Below, one piece after another: positions 19,880 through 28,549 of a DNA stretch of 57,611 nt. The first letter of the stretch is position 1. Each line of letters starts with the position of its first letter. The stretch covers positions 1 to 57,611 of the forward strand of contig QZJP01000049.1 of NCBI GenBank assembly GCA_003599345.1, given 5' to 3'. This DNA is from Bacillota bacterium. Lineage in GTDB: Bacteria; Bacillota; Sulfobacillia; UBA995; UBA9673. The translations under genes were made by a program, and so were the position numbers. The notes beneath the pieces were generated by a model. That model was given only the letters and a program-made list of their open reading frames with translations, did not search any database and was not told the origin of the DNA.

Positions 19880-20587
19880 CTACTCGGGGCAGGCCAGGCT
19901 CGACACCAGGTTCCAGTCGGGGTCGTAGAGCTGAACGGTCTCGAGGTGCCGCGACGCTAGAGCAAGGTCGGGCCACAGGAACACGCGGGCGACGTAGGGC
20001 GACGCCGCCGCGTAGGACCGGCAGACTTCCAGGGCGTTCGTCTCAATCATGAGGATACGTATCCCCCCGGCCGCCTCGCCGGCCGAGGCGGCCTGGTCTT
20101 GAGCGGCGGTCCCGGCCTCCAGCACCGTGCCTTCCGGGAACGTGAATTCGCGCCGGGCCGATGCGATGTAGAGGTGCCACCCCGCGAGGGAGAACCGTTC
20201 GGGGCTTGCCGGGTTTCCAAGGGCCTCCGCGCCCGGGCTTCCCCCCAGAAGCTCGACCCTGATGACGCCCGCTCCGAGGTCGGCTCGGGCCAGGAAGGGG
20301 ACGGAGTCGCCTGGGGTGAGAGGTTGCCCCTTTGTCACTAAGGCGCTGTCTTCCCTAGCCTCCGGCCCGGGCACGTCAACTCCGGACCCCGGTTCGGGGG
20401 CACCCGACCGCGGGTCACCCGACCGCGGGTCACCCTCCGCGGCGTCGGACGCCGCGTCTCCCGGCTCGAACCCCGTGGTCACGAACCCGGGCCCTAGCCG
20501 CGCCAGAAACGCCGCTGCCGAGCCTACGGTGAGAATGAGGACAACCGCCAGAACCCGGACCCTCACTCGACGTTCTTCGAACTCCAC
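19880..20587 (-). CDS. Membrane-anchored protein with a degenerate lamin-tail-like (LTD) C-terminal domain
   Basis: N-terminal TM, low-complexity linker, then SLAGWHL...FTFPEGTVLEAG...VQLYDPDWNLVS, which resembles the LTD pattern. Confidence 0.6.
   Translation of the reverse strand: MEFEERRVRVRVLAVVLILTVGSAAAFLARLGPGFVTTGFEPGDAASDAAEGDPRSGDPRSGAPEPGSGVDVPGPEAREDSALVTKGQPLTPGDSVPFLARADLGAGVIRVELLGGSPGAEALGNPASPERFSLAGWHLYIASARREFTFPEGTVLEAGTAAQDQAASAGEAAGGIRILMIETNALEVCRSYAAASPYVARVFLWPDLALASRHLETVQLYDPDWNLVSSLACPE
20401..20435. repeat. 15-bp tandem repeat (2.3 copies) encoding GDPRS
   Basis: CACCCGACCGCGGGT x2 followed by CACCC. Confidence 0.85.
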
Positions 20588-20749
20588 CGGCCGTGCGGCT
20601 CCTCTCAGGTACGGCTCTCTAAGATTGGCCGGTGGAATGAGGTTTTACTCCAAGCGGAAGGCGTGCCCCAGAAAGAGGAAGAATAGGCCCGCGTCCGGCC
20701 GACCCCAGAGGGTATGTGGGGGGTGCCTGGTCGTTGGGAGGGGAGCCAT

Positions 20750-21589
20750 GTGGCTCGGAAGCGAATCGGCTTGGCCCTCGGCGGCGGCGTGGCCAAGGGC
20801 CTGGCCCACATAGGGGTCATCAAAGCCCTCATGGAGCTGAACGTTCCAGTAGACTGCGTGGCGGGGACCTCGAGCGGCAGTATCGTCGGGGCCTTCCTGG
20901 CCGCGGGAATGGGACCCGACGAGATGCGGGCCATCGGCAGGAGAACCCGGTGGCGCGATGTCGTGAGACCGGTCGTGCCCAGGAACGGTCTTCTCGACTC
21001 GTCCCGGCTGGAGAAGCAGCTCATAGCGATCATGGGTGACCGCTTGATTGAGGATTTGGTCCTCCCTTTCGCCGCCATAGCCACCGACATCCAGGCCGCC
21101 AGGGAGGTCGTCATCACCAGCGGTCCCGTGGCCCGCGCCGTCAGGGCCAGCTGCTCCATACCCGGGTTCTTCACCCCCGTCGAGATCGACGGGCGGCTGC
21201 TCGTCGACGGTGGGGTCATAGACAACGTACCCGTGGGGGTTGCCCGTTCCCTAGGGGCCGACCTGGTCATAGCGGTCGACCTGACCACGCGGCCCGACGC
21301 GACTTCTTTCAGCCCCGGTATCTTCGGCATCATGCTGAGGGCTTATGAGATCCTGCTCCACGAGAAACGGCTCCAAGAGGTGCGCGGGGCCGACGTTCTC
21401 GTGCGCCCGCGAGTCGAACATCTGGGACCGGTGAAAATAGAAGCCGCGGATGAGTACATTAAGGCCGGCTGGGAAGCGACGATGGGGCAGCGGGATCTCC
21501 TGGCCGACCTGATGGAGAAGGCCAGGATTCGCCCGCTTCTCCGGTATCTCGACCCTCGGACTTGGGGATGGAGCCAGGCGCGGAGGTGA
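20750..21589 (+). CDS. Patatin-like phospholipase (NTE/RssA family)
   Basis: GGGVAKG, GTSSG nucleophile, ASCSIPGFF and LVDGG motifs. Confidence 0.93.
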   Translation: MARKRIGLALGGGVAKGLAHIGVIKALMELNVPVDCVAGTSSGSIVGAFLAAGMGPDEMRAIGRRTRWRDVVRPVVPRNGLLDSSRLEKQLIAIMGDRLIEDLVLPFAAIATDIQAAREVVITSGPVARAVRASCSIPGFFTPVEIDGRLLVDGGVIDNVPVGVARSLGADLVIAVDLTTRPDATSFSPGIFGIMLRAYEILLHEKRLQEVRGADVLVRPRVEHLGPVKIEAADEYIKAGWEATMGQRDLLADLMEKARIRPLLRYLDPRTWGWSQARR

Positions 21590-21595
21590 CTTTTC

Positions 21596-22165
21596 ATGGG
21601 CGGCGCGAGGCCGAGCGAGCCCGGCGGGCCCGGGCGGCGGAGAAGCATCGGCCCCTGGCTCTGGGCCGTCTTTGTCGCCGCGATGATGCTGGCCCTCATC
21701 AACTCCTACGGAAGGGCCATGGCCACCTTCGCCCAGGACCTCTGGGGGCCGGACCTGACCTACTACGACAACGGGACGCCGGTGCTGGCGAAACTCCACC
21801 GTCTCCCGGGGCCCGGTGATCCCGGGCAGGCCCCTGCCGGCACCGGCTGGCCCGAGACCGTACTACGCCCGGCTTGTTTCTACACCCTCAATCTCATGGG
21901 GCTGTCCGGGCCCGAGGGCGGGTTGTGGACGGCGTCTGTCGAGGGTGAGGGACTCGGGCAACGCCTGGTTGTACGGGCCACCGCCGGGGGGAACGTGGTC
22001 GGCCGGTACCGGGTGGTGGGAGGCCTTGAGGACACGGGGTTGGCGGTGGTGGAACTCGACGCCGGCCCGAACGGGCTGCACCTCATGGACGTCTTCCAGC
22101 CCCGAGAGGGTGCGGGTTGGTTCGTCATCCAGCCGTACCGCGTGGTCGATAAGGTGGGAGGCTAG
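21596..22165 (+). CDS. Hypothetical single-TM protein
   Basis: 189 aa, GGAGGTG RBS, one N-terminal hydrophobic helix, directly downstream of the patatin gene. Confidence 0.65.
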   Translation: MGGARPSEPGGPGRRRSIGPWLWAVFVAAMMLALINSYGRAMATFAQDLWGPDLTYYDNGTPVLAKLHRLPGPGDPGQAPAGTGWPETVLRPACFYTLNLMGLSGPEGGLWTASVEGEGLGQRLVVRATAGGNVVGRYRVVGGLEDTGLAVVELDAGPNGLHLMDVFQPREGAGWFVIQPYRVVDKVGG

Positions 22166-22172
22166 CCGGGGG

Positions 22173-23072
22173 TCATCCCTTTGGCCTCCACCCGCCGGCC
22201 AGAACCGTCGCGGCCCCTACTTCGGCCCCGTAGATGACTATGAGGGCCACCACGTAGAACCACGCCAGCATCACTATCGGCGTGGTGACCGAACCGTAGA
22301 CCCAGGCGTAGGTCTCGAGACGGTCCGCGTACCACGCGAAGCAGACCTTGGCTCCCTCGAAGAGAGCGGTCGACACCAGCGCTCCCGGCCAGAGCCCGCG
22401 CCATGGAGGCCGGTCGCTCGGGACGAGCGCGTAGACGGCCAGGAAGACCGTCGCCGTCGCCAACGCCCCTCCGGTCCACAGGACCAGCCGCGCCGCTTCC
22501 GGTCCAAGCGGACCGAGAGTCGGGAGCGACCGCACCCGTTCCGTCAGGTGTAGGTATGTGGTGGCGAAGACCGAGGCCAGGAAGAGGATGCCCACCACGA
22601 GAACGACCGCCAGAGCTCTGAGCCGGCGCCAGACTCCGGCCAGGGACGCCGGTGCCGGCCCGCCCGCCGCACGCGGCGAGTCGCCCGTCGACCACACCGT
22701 GTCCAGCATCCGGCTGAGCGCCGCGAACACACCCGAAGCCGACCAGTAGAGAGTGACGGCCGCTGTCAGGCCGAGGGTCCCCCGGCTCGCCACCAACTGC
22801 ACCACTGTGTCCCGGAAGAGGTCCGCCGCGCCGGGCAGGAGCGCCGCGCCCGACGCTATCAGCCTCTGCGCCAGAGCCGAGACCGGCACGATGAAACCCA
22901 ATGCGGAAAGGAGGAGTAGGACGAGCGGGAACAGGGAGACGAGAGCGTAGAAGGCGAGGGCCGCGGCCCAGACCTGGCCGCCGCCCCGGACCAGTCTTCT
23001 GCCGGCTAGGGCCAGGATGCCGGCGGCCCGCACAACGGCCGCGGCCGGCCGGCGTGTCACGTGCTCGGTCAT
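22173..23072 (-). CDS. YihY/BrkB family membrane protein
   Basis: AAALAFYALVSLFP, YWSAS, PGAL and YGS...MLAWFY...YGAE motifs. Confidence 0.92.
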   Translation of the reverse strand: MTEHVTRRPAAAVVRAAGILALAGRRLVRGGGQVWAAALAFYALVSLFPLVLLLLSALGFIVPVSALAQRLIASGAALLPGAADLFRDTVVQLVASRGTLGLTAAVTLYWSASGVFAALSRMLDTVWSTGDSPRAAGGPAPASLAGVWRRLRALAVVLVVGILFLASVFATTYLHLTERVRSLPTLGPLGPEAARLVLWTGGALATATVFLAVYALVPSDRPPWRGLWPGALVSTALFEGAKVCFAWYADRLETYAWVYGSVTTPIVMLAWFYVVALIVIYGAEVGAATVLAGGWRPKG

Positions 23073-23153
23073 GGACCGCTCTCCCCCCGAAGAGGGATGC
23101 TTCGAGTCCCGTAGAATGCCCCAGTCTGAGTCTGAGGGCGAGGCGATACGCGC

Positions 23154-24479
23154 TTGCTCCGAGCCATAAGCGAGTACCCCGGGATGATAAGGGCCTTCAG
23201 TCCCAACGCCCGGAGGTTCCTCCTTTTCACGGCCCTCAACTCCATCAGCTGGAGCGCCTTCAACCTGACGTTCAACCTATACATCCACAGCCTCGGCTAC
23301 AATCAGGACTTCATCGGCCTCCTGAACGGCCTGCCGTCAATCATCATCCTCGTCTGCGGCCTGCCCGTCGGCATGGCCGCGGACCGCTACGGCTATCTCC
23401 GCTTCCTCGTCATCGGCTCCGTCCTCACGGCCGCCTCGGCGTTCGGCTTGGGTCTCAGTTCGGCCCGGATGGCCCTCCTCGGGTTCTCGCTGGTCGGGGG
23501 ACTTGGGGGCACACTCTCCTGGGTCATCGGAGCCCCCATGATGATGGCCATTTCGACCAAAGAGGAGAGAGTCTTCCTCTTCTCGGTGCAATTCGCCTTG
23601 ATGATGGGGTCAGGCTTCCTCGGAAGCATGATGGCGGGGGCCCTGCCGGAGGTGGCCGGCCCCCTCATGGGTGTGGCCCCGACGGCCACGGCGCCGCTGC
23701 GCTTGACCTACCTCGTCGGCGCGTCCTTCAACCTCTTCGCCGTCATCCCCATCCTCCGCATGACCCAGGTTGCCGGCAACGGCCAGGCGGCGGCCGCGGG
23801 CGGTGACGGGCACCGCCCGCGCGCCCGGCCACTCCCCCAGTCGTGGCAAGAGTTCGGCCTGTTCATGAAGCTCCTCGGCCCGTCGGCTCTCATCTCGTTC
23901 GGGGCCGGGGCCATGGTCGTGTTCTTTCAGCTCTTCTTCAAACTGCGGTTCGGGCTCAACCCCGGCAGCATCGGGGTCCTCTTCGCGTTTTCGTCCGTGG
24001 TCACCGCAGCCGCCACCCTCGTCTCGCCGCTCCTGGCCAGGCGGCTCGGCCGGGTCCGGACCATCGTTCTCACCCAGATGACTTCGATTCCGTTTCTCCT
24101 GCTCTTGGCCTACTCGTTCAGCCTCCCGGCCGTCGTGGTGGCCTACTACATCCGGTCGGCCCTCATGAACATGTCCGGGCCGCTTCAGACGACGTTCGGC
24201 CTCGAGCAGGTGAGGGAGGAGCAGAGGGCGACGCTGACGAGTCTCTCGGCGATGCTGGGGAGCCTGGGACGGGGTGGGCTCGGGCCGATCGTCTCGGGCT
24301 ACTTGCAGGTGAAATCCGGGTTCTCGCTGGCCTTCACCATGACGACGGTGTGCTACGTCATAGGAACCCTATTGTTCTACCTCTTCTTCCGGAAGACCGA
24401 ACCCCTGCCGGCCCGCGGCGCCGGTGTCGGTGGCGCCCGTGCCGGCGGCGACCAGTCTACCTCGTACGGCCGATCTTAG
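23154..24479 (+). CDS. MFS transporter
   Basis: About 12 TMs, GMAADRYG motif A, LARRLGR in the second half. Confidence 0.9.
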   Translation: MLRAISEYPGMIRAFSPNARRFLLFTALNSISWSAFNLTFNLYIHSLGYNQDFIGLLNGLPSIIILVCGLPVGMAADRYGYLRFLVIGSVLTAASAFGLGLSSARMALLGFSLVGGLGGTLSWVIGAPMMMAISTKEERVFLFSVQFALMMGSGFLGSMMAGALPEVAGPLMGVAPTATAPLRLTYLVGASFNLFAVIPILRMTQVAGNGQAAAAGGDGHRPRARPLPQSWQEFGLFMKLLGPSALISFGAGAMVVFFQLFFKLRFGLNPGSIGVLFAFSSVVTAAATLVSPLLARRLGRVRTIVLTQMTSIPFLLLLAYSFSLPAVVVAYYIRSALMNMSGPLQTTFGLEQVREEQRATLTSLSAMLGSLGRGGLGPIVSGYLQVKSGFSLAFTMTTVCYVIGTLLFYLFFRKTEPLPARGAGVGGARAGGDQSTSYGRS

Positions 24480-24782
24480 TGCGGAGACGAGCTCCGCGAG
24501 ACGCGGAGCCAAGGCGTCGTCGGTGACTGCGAGGAGCCCCCTGATTCGTTTGAGGTTCACCTCGCGGTCCCGGACGACGATGATGGCCACCGGGTCGAGG
24601 CTCAGGCCGGCGCCGATACCCGAGCGCGGGCCGGTCTCAAGACCCAGGAGGCCCGCCGATAGCCTAGCGACCGGGATGATGGTGACCCCCCCGGCTTCGA
24701 TGGGCGTCCCGAAGATGGCCTCGGTGGCGTGAGGCCCGGCAAGCCCGGGCCACAGGCTTTGTATGGTGTCGACCAGCGTCAG
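24369..24782 (-). CDS. GerW/YtfJ family sporulation/germination protein with CTG start
   Basis: Manual translation gives AIFGTPIEAGGVTIIPVARLS...GIGAGLSLDPVAIIVV. AGGAGG lies 8 nt before an in-frame CTG, and there is an in-frame stop further upstream. Confidence 0.78.
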   Translation of the reverse strand: MTLVDTIQSLWPGLAGPHATEAIFGTPIEAGGVTIIPVARLSAGLLGLETGPRSGIGAGLSLDPVAIIVVRDREVNLKRIRGLLAVTDDALAPRLAELVSALRSAVRGRLVAAGTGATDTGAAGRQGFGLPEEEVEQ

Positions 24783-24965
24783 GAGGCATCCCTCCTGGTG
24801 CCCGAGAAGTCCGGGCCGGTTGAGCGGTGGCCCGGTCGCGCATCGGTGCTAGGATGCCCCGGGCGCGGCAGGCATACCCTTGCCTTCCAGGTCCGCCCAC
24901 GTGGGTGCCCTGGAGGCGCGGGCGAGCGTCTGGCGTGAACGGAGTACGTGAGCGGAGAGTGAACC

Positions 24966-26219
24966 ATGGCACCTGTTCCCCGCCCCGAAAGCGTCTTCCG
25001 GGGCAACGTGGCCGTCCTGTCCGTGTCGGTCGCCTGCGCCGTCATGGCCGGCATGATCTGGTATCCGGTCCTGCCCCTTTACTATCGCGACCTCCAGGCT
25101 ACGGACTATCAGGTCAGCGTCGCCTACGGGCTTCTTGTCATCGTCGGGTCCTTCGTCCAACTGGCCGGTGGCTATCTCTCCGACAGGTTCGGACGTAAGC
25201 CGCTCATCGTCGTCCCCACCTTCATCAACGCGGCCGTCGTCCTTGCCGCCGGTTTCTCATCGTCGTGGGCGGCACTGACCGCGTTCGTCGTGACTCAGAA
25301 CGCGGCCGGGGCGCTCCAGATGCCGAGCTTCCTCACCATTATTGCTGAGACCGTGCCGCCTGAGAGGCAAGGGGACGCCTACGCCCTCCTGGAGCTCTTC
25401 GTCTCCCTGGGCCTGGGTCTGGGCCCCGCCCTGGGGGCCGTCCTCCTACCCCGCCTGCCCTTCCGGGGCCTGTTCGCGGTTTCGGCCGCCATCTACCTGG
25501 CGGTAGCGGTGGTGCGGGCCGTCGCCCTCAGAGAGACGAGGCCGAGGATGAGAACCCAGGCCCGTCGGGCCGCCGCCCCCGACCCCCTACCCCTGCCGCT
25601 GGGCGCGAGGCCGGCCTTCTCCCCCGGGGCGCTCTTCCGGGGCCGGCTCCTGTGGTTGGCGGTCACCGCAGTCGCCGTTGCCGTCGGCGTGAATGTCACC
25701 GTCTACGGGCCGTTCATCCCTCTCTTGCTGCACGATGCCCTGAGTCTATCCAAACGACAGATAGACGTGCTATACTCTGTCGGCCCGCTTGTCGCGGCGG
25801 CACTAGGGCTGGCCATGGGACGGTTCGTGGCCCGGCGAGGACCTGGTCCGGCGGTGGCCTGGGGGCTCGGCGGCGCCGGTGTCTGTCTCATAGCCCTTCT
25901 CGTCGCACCGACGTTCGGTTGGGCTCTCGCCCTGATGACGGGGGCCGGCGTTTTCCTACAGTTGAACTTCATCGGGTACGATACTCTAAGGGCCGTGGCC
26001 ACCACCCCGGAGATGCGCGGTAGGGTGGTGGGGGCCTTGGGCGCTTTGGGTGGCGTTGTTGGCGCGCTCTCCGTGCCTCTGGTCGGGAAGTGGGCCGAAA
26101 CCGCGGGACCGGGGCTGGCTTGTTGGGTCGGCGCGGTGTTCTGCGCTGCGGGGGCCGGTTCGGCCATAGTAGCGGAAAGGTGGGGGTCCCGGGATGAGCC
26201 CGCCCTGGGTGAGCGTTGA
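24966..26219 (+). CDS. MFS transporter
   Basis: GGYLSDRFGRK motif A; about 12 TMs. Confidence 0.9.
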   Translation: MAPVPRPESVFRGNVAVLSVSVACAVMAGMIWYPVLPLYYRDLQATDYQVSVAYGLLVIVGSFVQLAGGYLSDRFGRKPLIVVPTFINAAVVLAAGFSSSWAALTAFVVTQNAAGALQMPSFLTIIAETVPPERQGDAYALLELFVSLGLGLGPALGAVLLPRLPFRGLFAVSAAIYLAVAVVRAVALRETRPRMRTQARRAAAPDPLPLPLGARPAFSPGALFRGRLLWLAVTAVAVAVGVNVTVYGPFIPLLLHDALSLSKRQIDVLYSVGPLVAAALGLAMGRFVARRGPGPAVAWGLGGAGVCLIALLVAPTFGWALALMTGAGVFLQLNFIGYDTLRAVATTPEMRGRVVGALGALGGVVGALSVPLVGKWAETAGPGLACWVGAVFCAAGAGSAIVAERWGSRDEPALGER

Positions 26220-27741
26220 CAGGGCCGGCTTGACTCCGGATAGGCCGGGCGCCGGCTGGTCGCGACGTCCCCGCGCCGGTGGGGCCCGGAACGGCGGCTC
26301 CGGCAGGACCCGGAACCACGCCTGGCGTTCCGGGCTGCTCAACCCGGCCCGCGCTCTGGCCATCGCCTTCGGCCTAGCCATCGCCGGCGGCACGGTCTTG
26401 CTCGCCCTGCCTATCGCCACCGCCGACGGCCGCGGCCTGGGCCTGATAGACGCCTTCTTCACCGCCACGTCGGCCACTTGTGTGACGGGCCTCACGGTCA
26501 TCAACATCGGGGCGACCCTGACGACCTTCGGCGAGCTCGTCGTCCTGACTCTCATACAGATAGGCGGCCTCGGGGTCATGACCGTCACGACCATATTCGC
26601 CTTCGCCCTCCGCCGCCGGATCTCGCTGCGAGACTCCCTGACCGTGGGAGAAGCGCTGGGCGAGAGCCATCTCTCGGCCGTAGGGTCGCTCACCCGGAGC
26701 GTCATCGAAGTCACCATGGCCGTCGAATTCGCGGGGGCGTTGCTATTGGGCCTGCTCTTCTGCCGCTTCTACCCGCCCGGCACGGCCTTCTACTACGGCC
26801 TCTTCCATTCCGTCTCGGCCTTCTGCAACGCCGGCTTCGACCTGTTCGGGGACAGCTTGGTCCGCTTCGTCACCGACGTGCCGGTCAATCTCGTCATGAT
26901 GACCCTCATCGTCCTCGGGGGCCTGGGCTTCATCGTCATGTCCGAGTTCCTGGCCACACGCTACGGTAGGATGTTCTCCCGCAGGCCGAGGGACCGGGAG
27001 GACGCGGATGGAGTGGTGGAGCATACGGCAGCTCCCGCTGCGGCCCGGCGCTTCCTGCCGGCCCGCCTTTCGCTCCACACCCGGGTGGTCGTGACCACGA
27101 CCGTCGTCCTCATCGGCGTCGGGACTTTGCTGGTCCTGGCCTTCGAGTGGTCGAACCCGGTGACCCTGGGTCCGCTCTCCCCGGGTCACAAGGTCATGGC
27201 CGCCCTCTTCCAGGCCATCACGCCCCGGACCGCCGGCTTCAACACCATCCCGACCGGCGGTCTCCTACGGCCGGTTCTCCTCATCCTGATGGTGCTGATG
27301 TTCATAGGGGCGGCTCCCGGTTCGACCGGAGGAGGGGTCAAGGTCACGACGTTCGCGGTGGCTCTGGCGTCAGTCCGCTCTGCCCTCCGTCGCCGTGACG
27401 ACGTGGAGTTGGGCGGGCGGAGATTGCCGCCCGAGGTTCCCGCAAAGGCCTGGGTCATCATCGCCCTGGCCGTCGTCTCCATCCTGGTGGTCATGACCCT
27501 GCTCCTGGCCACTGAGAAGGAGCCTTTCCTGGACGTTGCGTTCGAGACCTTCTCGGCCTTCGGCACCGTGGGACTCTCGACGGGTCTTACGCCGAGATTG
27601 AGCACGATCGGCCGCGTAGTCCTCCCAGTGCTGATGTACGCCGGGAGACTCGGACCGCTCACCCTCGCGGTGGCCCTCGCCCGGCGCAAACCGGGGGGCG
27701 CAGACTGGCGCCTGCCCGAGGAACGAGTGGTCGTGGGGTAG
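26194..27741 (+). CDS. ktrB: Ktr/Trk potassium uptake membrane subunit
   Basis: Four pore-loop Gly motifs: SATCVTGL, SAFCNAGF, TPRTAGF and SAFGTVGL. Also GSTGGGVK. Start position uncertain. Confidence 0.92.
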   Translation: MSPPWVSVDRAGLTPDRPGAGWSRRPRAGGARNGGSGRTRNHAWRSGLLNPARALAIAFGLAIAGGTVLLALPIATADGRGLGLIDAFFTATSATCVTGLTVINIGATLTTFGELVVLTLIQIGGLGVMTVTTIFAFALRRRISLRDSLTVGEALGESHLSAVGSLTRSVIEVTMAVEFAGALLLGLLFCRFYPPGTAFYYGLFHSVSAFCNAGFDLFGDSLVRFVTDVPVNLVMMTLIVLGGLGFIVMSEFLATRYGRMFSRRPRDREDADGVVEHTAAPAAARRFLPARLSLHTRVVVTTTVVLIGVGTLLVLAFEWSNPVTLGPLSPGHKVMAALFQAITPRTAGFNTIPTGGLLRPVLLILMVLMFIGAAPGSTGGGVKVTTFAVALASVRSALRRRDDVELGGRRLPPEVPAKAWVIIALAVVSILVVMTLLLATEKEPFLDVAFETFSAFGTVGLSTGLTPRLSTIGRVVLPVLMYAGRLGPLTLAVALARRKPGGADWRLPEERVVVG

Positions 27742-27805
27742 AAAGACGTGGAGTCAGGACAGTCACTCATCGTCAGAGCGGTAGCGCCTGTGGGGGGAGA
27801 CAGCA

Positions 27806-28453
27806 TTGCGCCAGTTCGCAGTCATCGGACTCGGGCGGTTCGGCCAGGCGGTTGGCACGGCCCTCCGTGAGCTGGGCCAGGAGGTTCTGGGCATCGACAA
27901 GGACGAGACGAGGACTCAAGCCCTCGCCGACGTCTTGACCCACGTCATCCAGGCCGACGCGACTCAGGAGGGCGTCCTGGCCGGCCTGGGCCTCGACCGC
28001 CTGGATGCCGCGGTCGTAGCCATGGGGGCGGATATCGAGGCCAGCACCCTCGTGACCATGATGCTCAAGGAGCTCGGGGTCAGGCACGTCGTCGCCCGGG
28101 CTTCGACGGTGACCCACGGCAAGGTCCTGGCCAAGGTGGGGGCCGACCGCGTGGTCTTCCCCGAGCAGGATATGGGGGTCCGTATCGCCCACGGCCTTTC
28201 CAACCCCAACGTCCTCGACTTCATCGAGCTCCTGCCGCACTACAGTGTCGTCGAAATGACGGCCCCCAAATGGATGCACGGCAAGACCCTCGGAGAGCTG
28301 CATCTCAGGCAGCGCTACGGGGCCAATGTCATCCTCATCCGCCGAGGCGACCGGATAAACGCCACCCCGGGCGGAGGCGACGTCATCGAAGAGGGTGACC
28401 TCCTCGTCCTGTCCGGCACCACCGAGGACCTGCAGGAGTTAGGGGAGGACTAG
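27806..28453 (+). CDS. ktrA: Ktr/Trk potassium uptake RCK subunit
   Basis: FAVIGLGRFG, GADRVVFPEQDMG and a C-terminal RCK_C domain. Confidence 0.93.
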   Translation: MRQFAVIGLGRFGQAVGTALRELGQEVLGIDKDETRTQALADVLTHVIQADATQEGVLAGLGLDRLDAAVVAMGADIEASTLVTMMLKELGVRHVVARASTVTHGKVLAKVGADRVVFPEQDMGVRIAHGLSNPNVLDFIELLPHYSVVEMTAPKWMHGKTLGELHLRQRYGANVILIRRGDRINATPGGGDVIEEGDLLVLSGTTEDLQELGED

Positions 28454-28478
28454 ACCCGCTGCGACTTCCAGGGGAGAA

Positions 28479-28508
28479 GTAAGCCCGCTTCTCCCTCCGG
28501 GCACACTA
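28479..28508 (+). promoter_or_regulatory. Candidate forespore sigma (SigG/SigF-like) promoter of the ger operon
   Basis: GTAAG-18 bp-CACACTA, preceded by GGG. Resembles GHATR-N18-CATWHTA. Confidence 0.45.
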
Positions 28509-28549
28509 TCCAGCTGATAATGCCGGTCCGGATGGAGGCCTAGCGGTTC

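Noticed and set aside
26100-26300. c-di-AMP (ydaO) riboswitch upstream of ktrB
   Set aside because: ktrB abuts or overlaps the MFS gene, leaving no leader, and no ydaO consensus was seen.
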